Of a stretch of DNA of 64,000 nt, positions 19,704-29,832 are shown one piece after another (position 1 is the first letter of the stretch; every line of letters starts with the position of its first letter). This stretch comes from Candidatus Bathyarchaeia archaeon (GTDB lineage: Archaea; Thermoproteota; Bathyarchaeia; Bathyarchaeales; Bathycorpusculaceae), in the NCBI GenBank assembly GCA_050012255.1, contig JBEKHN010000013.1, positions 1 through 64,000 of the forward strand, read 5' to 3'. The notes beneath the pieces were generated by a model, which saw only the letters and a program-made list of their open reading frames with translations, ran no database searches and was not told the DNA's origin. The position numbers and the translations under genes were made by a program.

Positions 19704-20273
19704 TTGTGGAATTGGATGAGCAAGAAAGAAAAGCTAACCAACAGCGGCTCAGAACTCAAGATTAAGGGCTTACTCGTTGAAAATGGGGTTCGAGTCACTG
19801 AAAAGGAGTCCGTAGACGAGCTCTCGTCAAGAGGTTACGGTGTGGTCGAAGGCAAAGAGCTGCTGCTCACCTTCTACGAGGCTCTCTACCTCTTGGACAA
19901 GCAGATGCTGGAAGCCGAGGATGAACAAGGTAAGAAGGTGAACTTTCAAAGTCTAGTGGAACTCTACGAGAGCCTCAACGAGAACGCTTGGGCAGGATAC
20001 CTAGTTTACCGAGACCTTAGAAGCCGCGGATACGTGGTCCGAGAAGGATTCGGTTCAAGAGTTGACTTCCGCGTCTACGACCGAGGAGACTACAGCAAAG
20101 CCACCGCAAAATATCTGATCATAAGCGTTCAGGAGGGAAAACCGACCTCGCTCGAAGACCTCATAGGCTCGTTGACAGAAAGCCTAAGTCTGAAGAAGGA
20201 GCTGGTTTTGGCCGTCATCAACCGCAGAGGAGAAACAGTTTATTATTCAGTCTCAGAATTGAACCTAAAATGA
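19704..20273 (+). CDS. endA: tRNA splicing endonuclease subunit, probably structural
   Basis: EALYL, YLVYRDLRSRGYVVREG, DFRVY; catalytic His not seen. Confidence 0.8.
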   Translation: MWNWMSKKEKLTNSGSELKIKGLLVENGVRVTEKESVDELSSRGYGVVEGKELLLTFYEALYLLDKQMLEAEDEQGKKVNFQSLVELYESLNENAWAGYLVYRDLRSRGYVVREGFGSRVDFRVYDRGDYSKATAKYLIISVQEGKPTSLEDLIGSLTESLSLKKELVLAVINRRGETVYYSVSELNLK

Positions 20274-20291
20274 TGCCGAGGAAAATGAGGA

Positions 20292-21581
20292 ATGCCTGAG
20301 TTCAAAACCCTGCGCGGAATGAGAGACCTCTTGCCCGAAGACGCCAAGATGATGATTTACATTGAAGACCAGGCCAGAAAAACAGCTCGACTCTACGGGT
20401 ACAAAGAGATCATAACACCGGTCGTAGAATCCTACGAGCTTCTCGCAGCCAAAGCAGGCGACGAAGTCAGGTCTAGAATGTTTGCCTTCAAAGACCTGGG
20501 CGGACGAGACGTCGCGTTGCGACCGGAGTTCACGGCTTCAATAGCAAGGCTTGTCGCCACGACCATGAGGAACGAGCCTAAACCGTTCAGACTCTTCTGC
20601 ATGGGCACCGTGTACCGATACGACGAGCCACAGCGCGGGCGGTACAGAGAGATCTGGCAGTCCAACTACGAACTCGTAGGTTCAAGCAGACCTGAGGCAG
20701 ACGCTGAAATAATCATGCTGACTGATGGTCTGATGCGGGAAGCTGGCCTGAAGAGGTTCGATGTGAAAGTCGGCCACGTTGGGGTCCTGAGAGGAATACT
20801 AGGCCAAGAAAGAGTGGGAGAAAGAGAGCAAAGCGCAATTATGCAGCTAATGGACAAAAAGGAGTATGATAATGCCCTGAAGCTGGTAGAAAGTGCCGGC
20901 GCCTCACACAGATGCTTAGAGGTTCTGCGCCAACTGGTCGAATGTAGAGGAACTGACGTTACAGAGGTTGTGAACAGGATAGAAGAGCTTGTTAAAAACT
21001 GCGAAAAGTCCGTAATAGCAGCGGAAAACCTGCGGGAAACTCTGAAGCTTATCTCAGAGAGCGGATGCAAGATCAACGTGACCGTTGACGCAGGCTTCGC
21101 CCGTGGGCTCGAGTACTACACGGGAATGATCTTTGAAGTCTACGTGCCAAGCATTGACGTCGCCCTCGGAGGCGGCGGGAGATATGACAAGCTTGTCGAG
21201 TTGTTCGGAGGCGAACCTACACCGGCTGTGGGAGTTGCCCATGGAATTGACCGCATAGTGCTTGCGATGAAGATGCAGAAGACTGTGCTGAGAACAGGAA
21301 ATGAGAAGACGGTCGTTGTCGTTCCAATCAAAGAAGAGTTGAGAGCTGAGGCCTTGAAGATTTCGCGGATGCTCAGAGATGCTGGTGTGCTGGTTGAGGT
21401 TGAAGTAATGGGACGAAGGATGGCCAAGGCGTTGGAGGATGCTGACAGAAGCAAAATGGATTATGCGATAATCGTTGGAGAAAGAGAGCTAAGTGAAGGG
21501 GCCGTCGTTGTTCGTGACCTGGCTAAGAGACAGCAGAGCACGGTGAAAGTTGAAAGAATAATAGATTTAATAAAGGGCTGA
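20292..21581 (+). CDS. hisS: Histidine--tRNA ligase
   Basis: RGMRD, LRPEFT, ARGLEYYTG, GGGRYD. Confidence 0.97.
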   Translation: MPEFKTLRGMRDLLPEDAKMMIYIEDQARKTARLYGYKEIITPVVESYELLAAKAGDEVRSRMFAFKDLGGRDVALRPEFTASIARLVATTMRNEPKPFRLFCMGTVYRYDEPQRGRYREIWQSNYELVGSSRPEADAEIIMLTDGLMREAGLKRFDVKVGHVGVLRGILGQERVGEREQSAIMQLMDKKEYDNALKLVESAGASHRCLEVLRQLVECRGTDVTEVVNRIEELVKNCEKSVIAAENLRETLKLISESGCKINVTVDAGFARGLEYYTGMIFEVYVPSIDVALGGGGRYDKLVELFGGEPTPAVGVAHGIDRIVLAMKMQKTVLRTGNEKTVVVVPIKEELRAEALKISRMLRDAGVLVEVEVMGRRMAKALEDADRSKMDYAIIVGERELSEGAVVVRDLAKRQQSTVKVERIIDLIKG

Positions 21582-21587
21582 AGACTT

Positions 21588-22061
21588 CTAACGCGTACGC
21601 GCTTCTCTCCTGAGGAAGTCGCCTATGTCTGATATGTTCTTTATGACAACACTCTCCTCTTCCCTGCCTAGGTCAGAGACTACTCTGCCGAAGCCCAGGC
21701 ATTCACCATGACAGTTCAGCACTAGAACGTGATCGCCCTTTCTCCCTGGGCCAGTAACCTTCACTATTCCTCGTTTGAACACGTCTCTTCCACAGATGAA
21801 CAACCACTCCGTCTTCATGTTGACGACAACTCTGTTTGCTTTCTTTTCTGCCATCATTCTCAACAGTTCAAAGCCGGGGAAGAATCTTCCATTCTTAACT
21901 TTCCCAAGGTACGCGCCGGCGTAGAAAAAGTCCTTCAAAGTCAACTTCTTCAAACTCGCGCTCAAGAGGAAATATCTGCTGCTCTTCTTCACGATCAGAC
22001 TCTCGTCTAGGCTTATGCTTGCTCCAAACAGGCTGACAAAATCATCTATTGGCTTCATCAT
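21588..22061 (-). CDS. NIP7-like PUA-domain ribosome biogenesis protein
   Basis: EWLFICGRDV and DIGDFLRRE; start reassigned to MMKP at 22061, overlapping the upstream stop. Confidence 0.8.
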   Translation of the reverse strand: MMKPIDDFVSLFGASISLDESLIVKKSSRYFLLSASLKKLTLKDFFYAGAYLGKVKNGRFFPGFELLRMMAEKKANRVVVNMKTEWLFICGRDVFKRGIVKVTGPGRKGDHVLVLNCHGECLGFGRVVSDLGREEESVVIKNISDIGDFLRREARTR

Positions 22062-22948
22062 GCAGATTCGCTCTTCAAAAGTTTGCACACGAAGAAGCCC
22101 TGCGTCTGCCCCGGCCAGATCCTCATACAATTCCGCACTGAACCGTCCAGATGCTTTCCGAAGACTTCTGTCAGCCCTTCCTGTCCGTAACCACTGATTT
22201 TTTCAACTTTCATGTTTAGGCTCCTGATCGCCCAGTCGATGTTCAGCTCATTTTCTTCAGGCTCCAGGGAGCATGTGGAATAGATGATTTCTCCATCGTT
22301 TTCCAGCATCTTGACCGTTTCTGTCAGTATCTCTCTTTGCAGCGCCGCGTTTCTTTTCACGTCTTTGATCGTTCTTCTTTTGAACCAGTTCCTGTCTGTT
22401 GCGAAGTTTCCTGAGCATGGCATGTCGAGAAGTATTCGGTCATAGCTTGTTTCCAGCTGTGATACGCGTCTTGCATCTAGCTGGTAGACTATTGTGTTCT
22501 TGATTTGACATCTTTCCAGCTGGTTTGATAAGGCAGTGAGTCTCTGCCGGTTAATGTCGAGAGCCACTATTGCACCTGTGTTGCGCATGAGGTCTGCTAG
22601 CTGAGTGGTTTTGCCTCCCGGAGCCGCGCAGGCGTCGAGCACTGTCTTGTCCTTCAGTTCTGTGAACAGCGTGGCTGGGATCTGAGCGGCTGCTTCTTGG
22701 ATTGAGTACAAGCCTGAGAGATACGCGGTTGTTGCGCCAGCAGAGAAACGTGACTCTTCAACCCAATAACCAGTCTTGAGAAAGGGAACCTTTGTGAGCA
22801 CTAGCCCTAGGTCCTGCAGTCTTTTCACGAGGTCCGGCGGTTTCTTGACGTTAGCAGAGTTGATTCTGATCGTTTTCTTGAGTTCAACGGTGTGGTATTT
22901 CCAGCCTAGTTTTCTGTAGCGGTCTGTGAAGAATTCTTTACTTGACAT
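22058..22948 (-). CDS. RsmB/NOP2 family RNA m5C methyltransferase
   Basis: DACAAPGGKT, DMPCSG, YSTCS; start reassigned to MSSKEFF. Confidence 0.92.
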   Translation of the reverse strand: MSSKEFFTDRYRKLGWKYHTVELKKTIRINSANVKKPPDLVKRLQDLGLVLTKVPFLKTGYWVEESRFSAGATTAYLSGLYSIQEAAAQIPATLFTELKDKTVLDACAAPGGKTTQLADLMRNTGAIVALDINRQRLTALSNQLERCQIKNTIVYQLDARRVSQLETSYDRILLDMPCSGNFATDRNWFKRRTIKDVKRNAALQREILTETVKMLENDGEIIYSTCSLEPEENELNIDWAIRSLNMKVEKISGYGQEGLTEVFGKHLDGSVRNCMRIWPGQTQGFFVCKLLKSESA

Positions 22949-22994
22949 CAACGATAGTTTGGAGAGCTGTTCATAAAAGGTTGATGCAGGCGAA

Positions 22995-23097
22995 GCCCGC
23001 TGGCTGGTCGTTAAATTCGCAAAAAGCGCATAATTAAAAGCATATACATTTTGCATATACACTTTGCATATACACTTGACGAGCATTGTTGAAAACG
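22995..23097. repeat. Element A, copy 2 (inverted relative to copy 1), three 13-bp units
   Basis: GCCCGCTGGCTGGTCGTTAAATTCGC...(TTGCATATACACT)n matches the reverse complement of ~16936-17051. Confidence 0.8.
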
Positions 23098-23113
23098 CTG
23101 TTCTTCTAGATGG

Positions 23114-23298
23114 GAAACGCTACATCCCTGTATTCGCGTTTTCACCTCGTCTATTCCACCCTCCCCCTCCCCCCTAGGGTACTAGTACTGCACATAGGCG
23201 CTCGTGAAGGCCCTAGTGGCTAAGCGCGGGTCCGAGGCCAAGTGTGTGCTGAAGGCTTCACAGGGAGTCTGCGCAAGGGTCGTAACTTTTCAATGCGC
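23114..23298 (-). repeat. Dispersed repeat B, copy 2
   Basis: GAAACGCTACATCCCTGTATTCGCGTTTT...CTATTCCACCCTCCCCCTCCCCCCTAGGGT is the reverse complement of copy 1. Confidence 0.85.
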
Positions 23299-23525
23299 TT
23301 CGCCGTCACCTCGTCTTCTGATTCTATGTGCTTTGACCGTTAGCTTTCTAGGCGTGCCCTGAACCTTGGTCTGTCTCTTTCCAATGTTGTTCAGACGAGA
23401 TCTGTGACCTCCCGGTTCTTGGCGGTTTGGTTCTTGTGTTGCGTTGTTTTTATGAGCGTGTTAGCTTCTTTTATGACTGCTGTGCAAGTCTTAAATTATT
23501 AGGGAATGATTAGACGCTAAGGGGT

Positions 23526-23978
23526 TTGATGAGCGAGCGATATGCTTTCGTCATGATGGTCAGGGAGAAATGGTGGGTTGAGTTTTGCAGGCGTAGCCAA
23601 GAAGGAAAGAAGGTTCATTCCTTTGTCATCAGGGGAGCGGCACCGCCTAAGAGCACTTTGCTCATTCATTTTTACGTGACCAAGCCCGTCAGCGCAATCG
23701 CTGGTTACGCTCACTTCATCGAGCGCATGGTGGGAAACCCGCAAGAGTTATGGGGCAGGTTCTGCGGTGAATCGGTTCTCGGTTCCGAGGCTCGATATGA
23801 AGAATTTGTTGGCAATGCGTCGAAAGTCTCTTTTGTCAGGTTCAAGGATTTGAGTGTAGCCTTGAACCCGGTATCTCTCAGCCGTCTTCTCATGCTTCTA
23901 GGTGTCAAGAGGCTTTCGAGAAAAGGTTTCTACGTCAACAAGGATACGTCTGATACGCTGATATCAATGATGGAATAA
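23526..23978 (+). CDS. ASCH/PUA-like hypothetical protein
   Basis: FYVTKPVSAIAGYA pattern typical of ASCH-like domains. Confidence 0.55.
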   Translation: MMSERYAFVMMVREKWWVEFCRRSQEGKKVHSFVIRGAAPPKSTLLIHFYVTKPVSAIAGYAHFIERMVGNPQELWGRFCGESVLGSEARYEEFVGNASKVSFVRFKDLSVALNPVSLSRLLMLLGVKRLSRKGFYVNKDTSDTLISMME

Positions 23979-24151
23979 GCAGAAAGGATTCCTGTCCGTT
24001 CACTGATGTTCCCGCAATCATCGGCAAAAAGTTAATAGGTCGCCGTTTTTACATGCATGTAGCTCATTTAGGCGTGAAAACCTAATATGTTTGTTGAACT
24101 CCTCAGGAGCCACATCTGCGTTAGGCAATCTTCTTTTAGGGTAAAGAGGGT

Positions 24152-26374
24152 TTGACGATGGTAAAGTACAGGCAGGTTGAGGAAATTCAGAAGTTGATGA
24201 ATTATCCAGACATGATCAGGAACACAAGCATCATCGCCCACGTGGATCATGGAAAAACCACTCTTTCAGACAGTCTTCTGGCCGCTGCAGGCATAATAAG
24301 CGAGCAGAGGGCAGGTCAACAGCTTGCCCTTGACTCGTGGGAGCTTGAGCAGAAGAGACAGATGACCGTGTTTGCTTCAAACATCAGCCTAGCTCACACG
24401 TTCGAGGGAAAAGAGTACCTGATCAACCTGATCGACACGCCGGGGCACATTGACTTCAGCGGAGCAGTGACGAGAAGTCTGCGAGCCGTTGACGGAGCGC
24501 TGGTCGTCGTGGACGCTGTTGAAGGGCCCATGACCCAGACTGAAACGGTTCTGATGCAAGCCCTGCGTGAAAGGGTTAAGCCGATTCTCTTCATAAACAA
24601 GGTCGACAGGCTCATTAAGGAGATAAAGCTCACGCCGGAAGAGATACAGCGGAAGTTCGCCAAGATAATTACAAGAGTGAACAATCTCATCGAAAAGTAT
24701 GCGCCGGCCGAACAAAAGAAGGACTGGCAAGTTAAGGCTGAGGACGGGTCAGTAGCCTTCGGCTCAGCCCTTCACAAGTGGGGATTAAACCTGCCTCACA
24801 TGAAAGCCAAAGGCGTAACCTTCAAGGACATCGTTGACGCTTACCTCGGAGAAAAGGAGGAGATTGACAGGAAAGTCGACGCGTTAAGTAAGAGGGCGGC
24901 GCTTGCCGAGCCTATATTAGACATGTTCATCGAACACCTGCCCAATCCGTTAGAGGCACAAGCGTTCAGACAGAGCCAAATCTGGCCAGGAGACCCGAAC
25001 AGCCCAGTGGGCAAGGGCATGGCCAAAGTGGACCCAAAGGGGCCCCTTTTGATGTGCATCTCAACGATTGAAGTTGACCCTAACCGCGGAGTCGTTGCCA
25101 TCGGACGCGTTTTCAGCGGCACGGTTGAGAAGGGTAAAGTCGTTCAACTCATCACGGCCAGGGCGAAAGGTCCGATTCAACAGGTCTTCATGAGCATGGC
25201 CGCTGACAGGGTGATAATAGACAGGGTTCCAGCTGGAAACATAGCTGCACTTTCTGGGCTACCGTCCATGCACGTCGGCGAAACCGTCGCCGAAGACGGT
25301 GTGGAAACACATGCGTTCGAAGGGTTGAAGTATGTTTCAGACCCAGTGGTCACCGTCGCCGTGGAGCCTGTCGACGTCACGGAACTACCGCTCTTCGACA
25401 AGGTTATGCGCAGGCTGACAACCGAGGACCCGAACTTGCACTTCCTCATAAACAAGGAGAGCGGAGAGTACCTCCTCAGCGGCATGGGGGAACTGCACCT
25501 GGAAATTACGGCTTATCGAATGCAGGAAGCAAACCTCAAGGTGAAGACTAGCAAACCAATAGTGATTTACCGCGAGACGATCAGCCACGACTACAAGGGA
25601 CCGCCAGTGATGGGGAAAAGTCCCAACAAACATAACAAACTGTGGGTCACACTAGAAAAGCTGCCGGAAGAGGTGATCGAAGCGATGAAGGCTGGAAAGA
25701 TATCCGAGATGCAGACTAAAGACGAAAGAGTCAAGATCCTTAAGGGGTTCGGTTGGGAAACAGACGACGCTAAGGGCGTCGTGGCGATCGAGGGCAACAA
25801 CATTCTCGTCAACAGGATAAGGGGAAGACAATACGTAGAAGAAGTGATGGACCACATCAAATCAGGCTTCCGCGAGGCAACGTTCACCTCGGTGTTAGCA
25901 AAAGAACCCGCGTATGGGCTGAAGGTCAACCTGGAGGACATCACGGTTCACGAGGACCCGGTGCACCGAGGACCAGCACAGATACTGCCCATGACTTGGC
26001 GGCCAATCTGGTGTTCCTTTCTGCTGAGCGACCCGAAGCTACTCGAACCGCTCATAAGTTTCGAATGCAAGGTTCCAAACCAGTTCGTGAGCAGCGTCAT
26101 CGCGACGGTTCAGAAACGCCGGGGCAAAATCTTGGACATGACAAACGAGGAAGACATGATCATCGTCAAAGCAGAGATGCCCGTGTCTGAATCCTTCGGT
26201 TTGGCTGAAGAGCTGCGTTCATCAACGGAGGGCAGAGCCTTCTGGGCCACACAGTTCAGCCGATGGGCCCAGGTTCCCGAGCAGATGCAGCCTGAAATAG
26301 TGAGTCAGATCCGCGAGCGCAGAGGTTTATCGCCGACTCCGCCGAGAGCAGAGGAGTTCTTCGAGGAAGCATAA
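24152..26374 (+). CDS. fusA: Elongation factor EF-2 (possibly a paralogue)
   Basis: AHVDHGKTT, DTPGH, NKVD, HEDPVHRGPAQ diphthamide loop. Confidence 0.93.
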   Translation: MTMVKYRQVEEIQKLMNYPDMIRNTSIIAHVDHGKTTLSDSLLAAAGIISEQRAGQQLALDSWELEQKRQMTVFASNISLAHTFEGKEYLINLIDTPGHIDFSGAVTRSLRAVDGALVVVDAVEGPMTQTETVLMQALRERVKPILFINKVDRLIKEIKLTPEEIQRKFAKIITRVNNLIEKYAPAEQKKDWQVKAEDGSVAFGSALHKWGLNLPHMKAKGVTFKDIVDAYLGEKEEIDRKVDALSKRAALAEPILDMFIEHLPNPLEAQAFRQSQIWPGDPNSPVGKGMAKVDPKGPLLMCISTIEVDPNRGVVAIGRVFSGTVEKGKVVQLITARAKGPIQQVFMSMAADRVIIDRVPAGNIAALSGLPSMHVGETVAEDGVETHAFEGLKYVSDPVVTVAVEPVDVTELPLFDKVMRRLTTEDPNLHFLINKESGEYLLSGMGELHLEITAYRMQEANLKVKTSKPIVIYRETISHDYKGPPVMGKSPNKHNKLWVTLEKLPEEVIEAMKAGKISEMQTKDERVKILKGFGWETDDAKGVVAIEGNNILVNRIRGRQYVEEVMDHIKSGFREATFTSVLAKEPAYGLKVNLEDITVHEDPVHRGPAQILPMTWRPIWCSFLLSDPKLLEPLISFECKVPNQFVSSVIATVQKRRGKILDMTNEEDMIIVKAEMPVSESFGLAEELRSSTEGRAFWATQFSRWAQVPEQMQPEIVSQIRERRGLSPTPPRAEEFFEEA

Positions 26375-26478
26375 AAAAAGACAAACGCTCTTTCTCCACT
26401 TTTCATCCGTATCACTGTCCCCACTCGCTTTCAGCAAACTTTATTGATTTTGACGAGCATAGTTCTTGACGAATTGCT

Positions 26479-27075
26479 ATGATAGTCGGCATCTGTGGCA
26501 GTCCGAGAAGACAGGCAACGGAGCACGTGTTAAGGGAAGCCTTGAACATGCTTGAAAAGAAGGGTTTCCAGACAGAATTCTTCACGGTCAGAGGCAAGAA
26601 CATCGGGTTTTGTCAGCACTGCGACTATTGCATGAGAAGCAAAGAGTGCAAGCTGAAGGATGACATGTACACGCTTTATCCTTCACTCAGGGATGCTGAG
26701 GGACTGGTGATTGCGACGCCCGTTTACAACGGCGGAATAAGCGCACAGACAAAGGCGGTCATGGACAGATGCAGGGCTCTGTTTGCAGCTGACAAGAACG
26801 CTTTCAGGCGCAAAGTCGGGATGGCCATCGCCGTCGGAGGAGACAGGGCTGGAGGACAGGAGTTGGCGATCCAGCAGATCATAACGTTCTATGTTTTGAA
26901 CGGGGTCATTCCCGTCAGCGGAGGCGCCTTCGGAGCGAACCTCGGTGCGACCTTCTGGTCAAAGGACACGTTGAGAGACGTAAAGCAGGATGAGGAAGGC
27001 TTCAGAAGTCTGAGAAAGACGGTGACGAAGTTCGCGGAGTTTCTGAGAGAGTCTGAGGAGAGAAAACGAGTTTAG
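26479..27075 (+). CDS. Iron-sulfur flavoprotein (Isf family)
   Basis: GSPR, CxxCxxCxxxxxC, TPVY. Confidence 0.9.
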   Translation: MIVGICGSPRRQATEHVLREALNMLEKKGFQTEFFTVRGKNIGFCQHCDYCMRSKECKLKDDMYTLYPSLRDAEGLVIATPVYNGGISAQTKAVMDRCRALFAADKNAFRRKVGMAIAVGGDRAGGQELAIQQIITFYVLNGVIPVSGGAFGANLGATFWSKDTLRDVKQDEEGFRSLRKTVTKFAEFLRESEERKRV

Positions 27076-27125
27076 AGCGTGGAACCACGAGCGGAGATCT
27101 GGCTAAAGCAGAAAAGAAGAGGAAA

Positions 27126-27683
27126 GTGGCGTGGGGGATCACAGGCAGTGGAGACAGACTGGGAGAAACACTCAACGTCATGAAGGAGATAAAAGAGCGA
27201 TACAAAAACGAGGTTGACATAAGAGTTTATCTTTCAAAGGCCGGGGAACAAGTCGTCAGATGGTACAAACTGTACGATCAGCTGAAGCAGAACTTTGAAA
27301 AGGTTTGGGTTGAGTTCAATTCTAACTCGCCCTTTCTTGCCGGCGACTTGGAATTGCGGAAGTACGAGTTCTTGTTGATTGCGCCTTCAACATCCAACAC
27401 CGTGGCGAAAATTGCAGCCGGAATATCTGACACGCTGCTTTGCAACTCGGCAATCATGGCCTTGAAAGCCTCCGTTCCCGTGTACATTATGCCAAGCGAT
27501 TACAAGGAAGGAACAGTGGTCACAAGGCTTCCGAATGGAAGAGATTTCACGTTGAGGGTGAGAAGGGAAGACGCAGAAAACACGAGAAAGTTGGCCAGTA
27601 TGGACTGCGTGTTCGTGCTTGAAAAGCCTGAAGATGTTAATCAGGTCTTCAGGAGGCACTTCGGTCCAAGAAAGAGTAAATGA
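27126..27683 (+). CDS. afpA: Archaeoflavoprotein AfpA
   Basis: AWGITGSG, SKAGEQV, SNTVAKI, MPSD. Confidence 0.88.
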   Translation: MAWGITGSGDRLGETLNVMKEIKERYKNEVDIRVYLSKAGEQVVRWYKLYDQLKQNFEKVWVEFNSNSPFLAGDLELRKYEFLLIAPSTSNTVAKIAAGISDTLLCNSAIMALKASVPVYIMPSDYKEGTVVTRLPNGRDFTLRVRREDAENTRKLASMDCVFVLEKPEDVNQVFRRHFGPRKSK

Positions 27684-27703
27684 GAAGTCTTGGTGCATGA
27701 ACA

Positions 27704-27973
27704 ATGGTCAACTTTGCAGTGCTCGTGCTCCCGTTGATTGCCGGATTATTCTTCGGTTACTTGCTTCGCGAAAGAAAGAAAGTTAACCTCGCCAAAGTCA
27801 CGCTGGGCATCATTTTGATCCTGATCTTCTCACTTGGGTTCACCATAGGATCAAACAACGAACTGCTGGGTTCAATGTCCAGCGTCGGGCTCAGCGCGCT
27901 TCTAATGGCGTTGCTTGCCATCGGGTTCAGCGTGCTTTTTGTAGCCTTGATAAGGAGACGGGTGAGAATATGA
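27704..27973 (+). CDS. LysO/DUF340 transporter, small subunit
   Basis: Three TM helices; overlaps the start of the next gene. Confidence 0.7.
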   Translation: MVNFAVLVLPLIAGLFFGYLLRERKKVNLAKVTLGIILILIFSLGFTIGSNNELLGSMSSVGLSALLMALLAIGFSVLFVALIRRRVRI

Positions 27974-28578
27974 TTAAATTCATTCTCGCAGCCCTTACGA
28001 TCGGAGTAGTTGCCGGCTACGTAAACAACAATCTGACCTCCTTCGTTGCGAGCAACTGGGTTACCGATTACTTGTTCAGCGCTTCTCTTTTTGTGTCGCT
28101 GTTCGTGATGGGACTGTCGTTTGGAATTGATAAGGAGGCTGTGGCCAAGCTGAGGAGCAAGGGCCTCAAGATCCTTGTTGTTCCCGTCGTTGTTGCTTTG
28201 GGAAGCATCCTGGGTGGGCTAATCGGCGGATTGATTCTCAGACTCGACATATATGCATCTATGGCTGTAACTGCCGGGTACGGTTGGTACACCTTAACGG
28301 GCCCCTTGATCAAATCGATTCTGGGAACCCAATGGGCCGCTATGGGGTTTGCAGTCAACTTCTTAAGAGAACTGCTGACGATATTCACGGTCTCATTGAT
28401 GGTAAAGGTTGACAAGTATGCGCCGATCGCCTCTGGTGGAGCAACAACGATGGATACAACGTTACCTGTGATCGTGCGCTATTGCGGATCTGACGTGTTG
28501 GTAACGGCGTTTTCAAGTGGTTTCGCATTAAGCATGATCGCACCGTTTACAGTGGTGGCATTGGCCTCGTTGAAGTAG
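27970..28578 (+). CDS. LysO/DUF340 family exporter
   Basis: GYGWYTLTG, NFLRE, GGATTMDTTLP. Confidence 0.88.
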   Translation: MIKFILAALTIGVVAGYVNNNLTSFVASNWVTDYLFSASLFVSLFVMGLSFGIDKEAVAKLRSKGLKILVVPVVVALGSILGGLIGGLILRLDIYASMAVTAGYGWYTLTGPLIKSILGTQWAAMGFAVNFLRELLTIFTVSLMVKVDKYAPIASGGATTMDTTLPVIVRYCGSDVLVTAFSSGFALSMIAPFTVVALASLK

Positions 28579-28603
28579 CACGGCACCAAATAGCTTTAAG
28601 TAC

Positions 28604-29791
28604 ATGCCATCATCTGACGGAATATTCAAGGCGCGTGGCAGTGTGAGCTTCGATTTCAAGCGAAGATTAGTCAGCCTTCAAGAAAGGATGGAAGAGCTCG
28701 ACTTAGACCTGGTTGTGTACGGGTCATGCCAGAATTTTCAATATTTGACAGGACTTCTGTTTGACTGGCGTCATGGAACAGACCTTGCAAGCCAAGCAAA
28801 CAACATCTTTGTACCTAGAAAGGGGCAACCGATTCTCACGCTTGGCGAGGAATGGTCAAAACAAGCTGCTCAGACCTGGGTAAGAGAAATCAGGACGCCG
28901 GAAGAGAAAGACAGTTTTGAGAGACTGGTTCGAAAAGTCATATCGGACTTGGGATTGAACGTAAAGAAAGTTGGAATTGGAGACCATGTCTGGGGATCAA
29001 CCGTCATAGAAATCGCTAAAACGGTGAAAAGCAGGGTTTTCCACAAGGCTGAACATCTCATGGACCATGTTAGAATGATCAAGGATCCTGGAGAAGTTTG
29101 TAAGCTGAGGAAAGTCGCCGAGCTGACTGACAAAGCGGTCGAGGCGGTCACGCAAAAGATTAAGAAAGGTGTGACTCAGCGACAGATGCAGATCGAGGTT
29201 GAGTTTGAAGGCAGACGTTTGGGGGCGTCGGACGTTTCCTTCCCGGCTACGGTTGGCTTCGTCAAGTCTGGGTCTGAGATCTCGCCAAACCCGTTTACCT
29301 ACCCGAAAGAGAAAGGTTTGGTGCCGGGCACTTCGATAGCTTTTGACGTAGGGTTTGTGCTTGAGGGGTACTGCTCCGACTTTGGAAGAAGCTTCTACTT
29401 TGGACCTGCTGGCAGAGAGGTGGAGAAGGCATACGAAGCTTTGCAACAGTCAGTTGTCGAAACGGTGGAAAAAATGAAGGAAGGAAGCATGCGGGTCTGC
29501 GAGATCTTCCCAGCAATAGAAAAGACGCTGGACAGATTGGGCTACGGCGACTACTTGCGCGCTCGGTTACAAACGAAATCAGTCGGACACAACATTGGTG
29601 TCGAAGTGCATGAGCCCCCATGGCTGAGCCCTGAGTATGACGAAAGACTGCAATCGAACATGGTAATGGCTTTGGAGCCTAAGGTCTGGCACAAAGGCGA
29701 ATACTACCTTCGAGTAGAAGATATGGTACTAGTGGGACAACGAAAGACAGAATTCTTGACGAACTTCGACAGAAAACTCTTCGAGTTGTAA
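28604..29791 (+). CDS. M24 family Xaa-Pro peptidase
   Basis: GYCSDFGR, GHNIGVEVHE, EP, RVED. Confidence 0.92.
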   Translation: MPSSDGIFKARGSVSFDFKRRLVSLQERMEELDLDLVVYGSCQNFQYLTGLLFDWRHGTDLASQANNIFVPRKGQPILTLGEEWSKQAAQTWVREIRTPEEKDSFERLVRKVISDLGLNVKKVGIGDHVWGSTVIEIAKTVKSRVFHKAEHLMDHVRMIKDPGEVCKLRKVAELTDKAVEAVTQKIKKGVTQRQMQIEVEFEGRRLGASDVSFPATVGFVKSGSEISPNPFTYPKEKGLVPGTSIAFDVGFVLEGYCSDFGRSFYFGPAGREVEKAYEALQQSVVETVEKMKEGSMRVCEIFPAIEKTLDRLGYGDYLRARLQTKSVGHNIGVEVHEPPWLSPEYDERLQSNMVMALEPKVWHKGEYYLRVEDMVLVGQRKTEFLTNFDRKLFEL

Positions 29792-29832
29792 CGCGCGCGC
29801 TCCAGACGCGTGAAGAGGAGAGGTGGGTCGAA

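Noticed and set aside
22949-23086. N-terminal extension of the RsmB ORF
   Set aside because: It is a translation of repeat element A (CKVYMQNVY).
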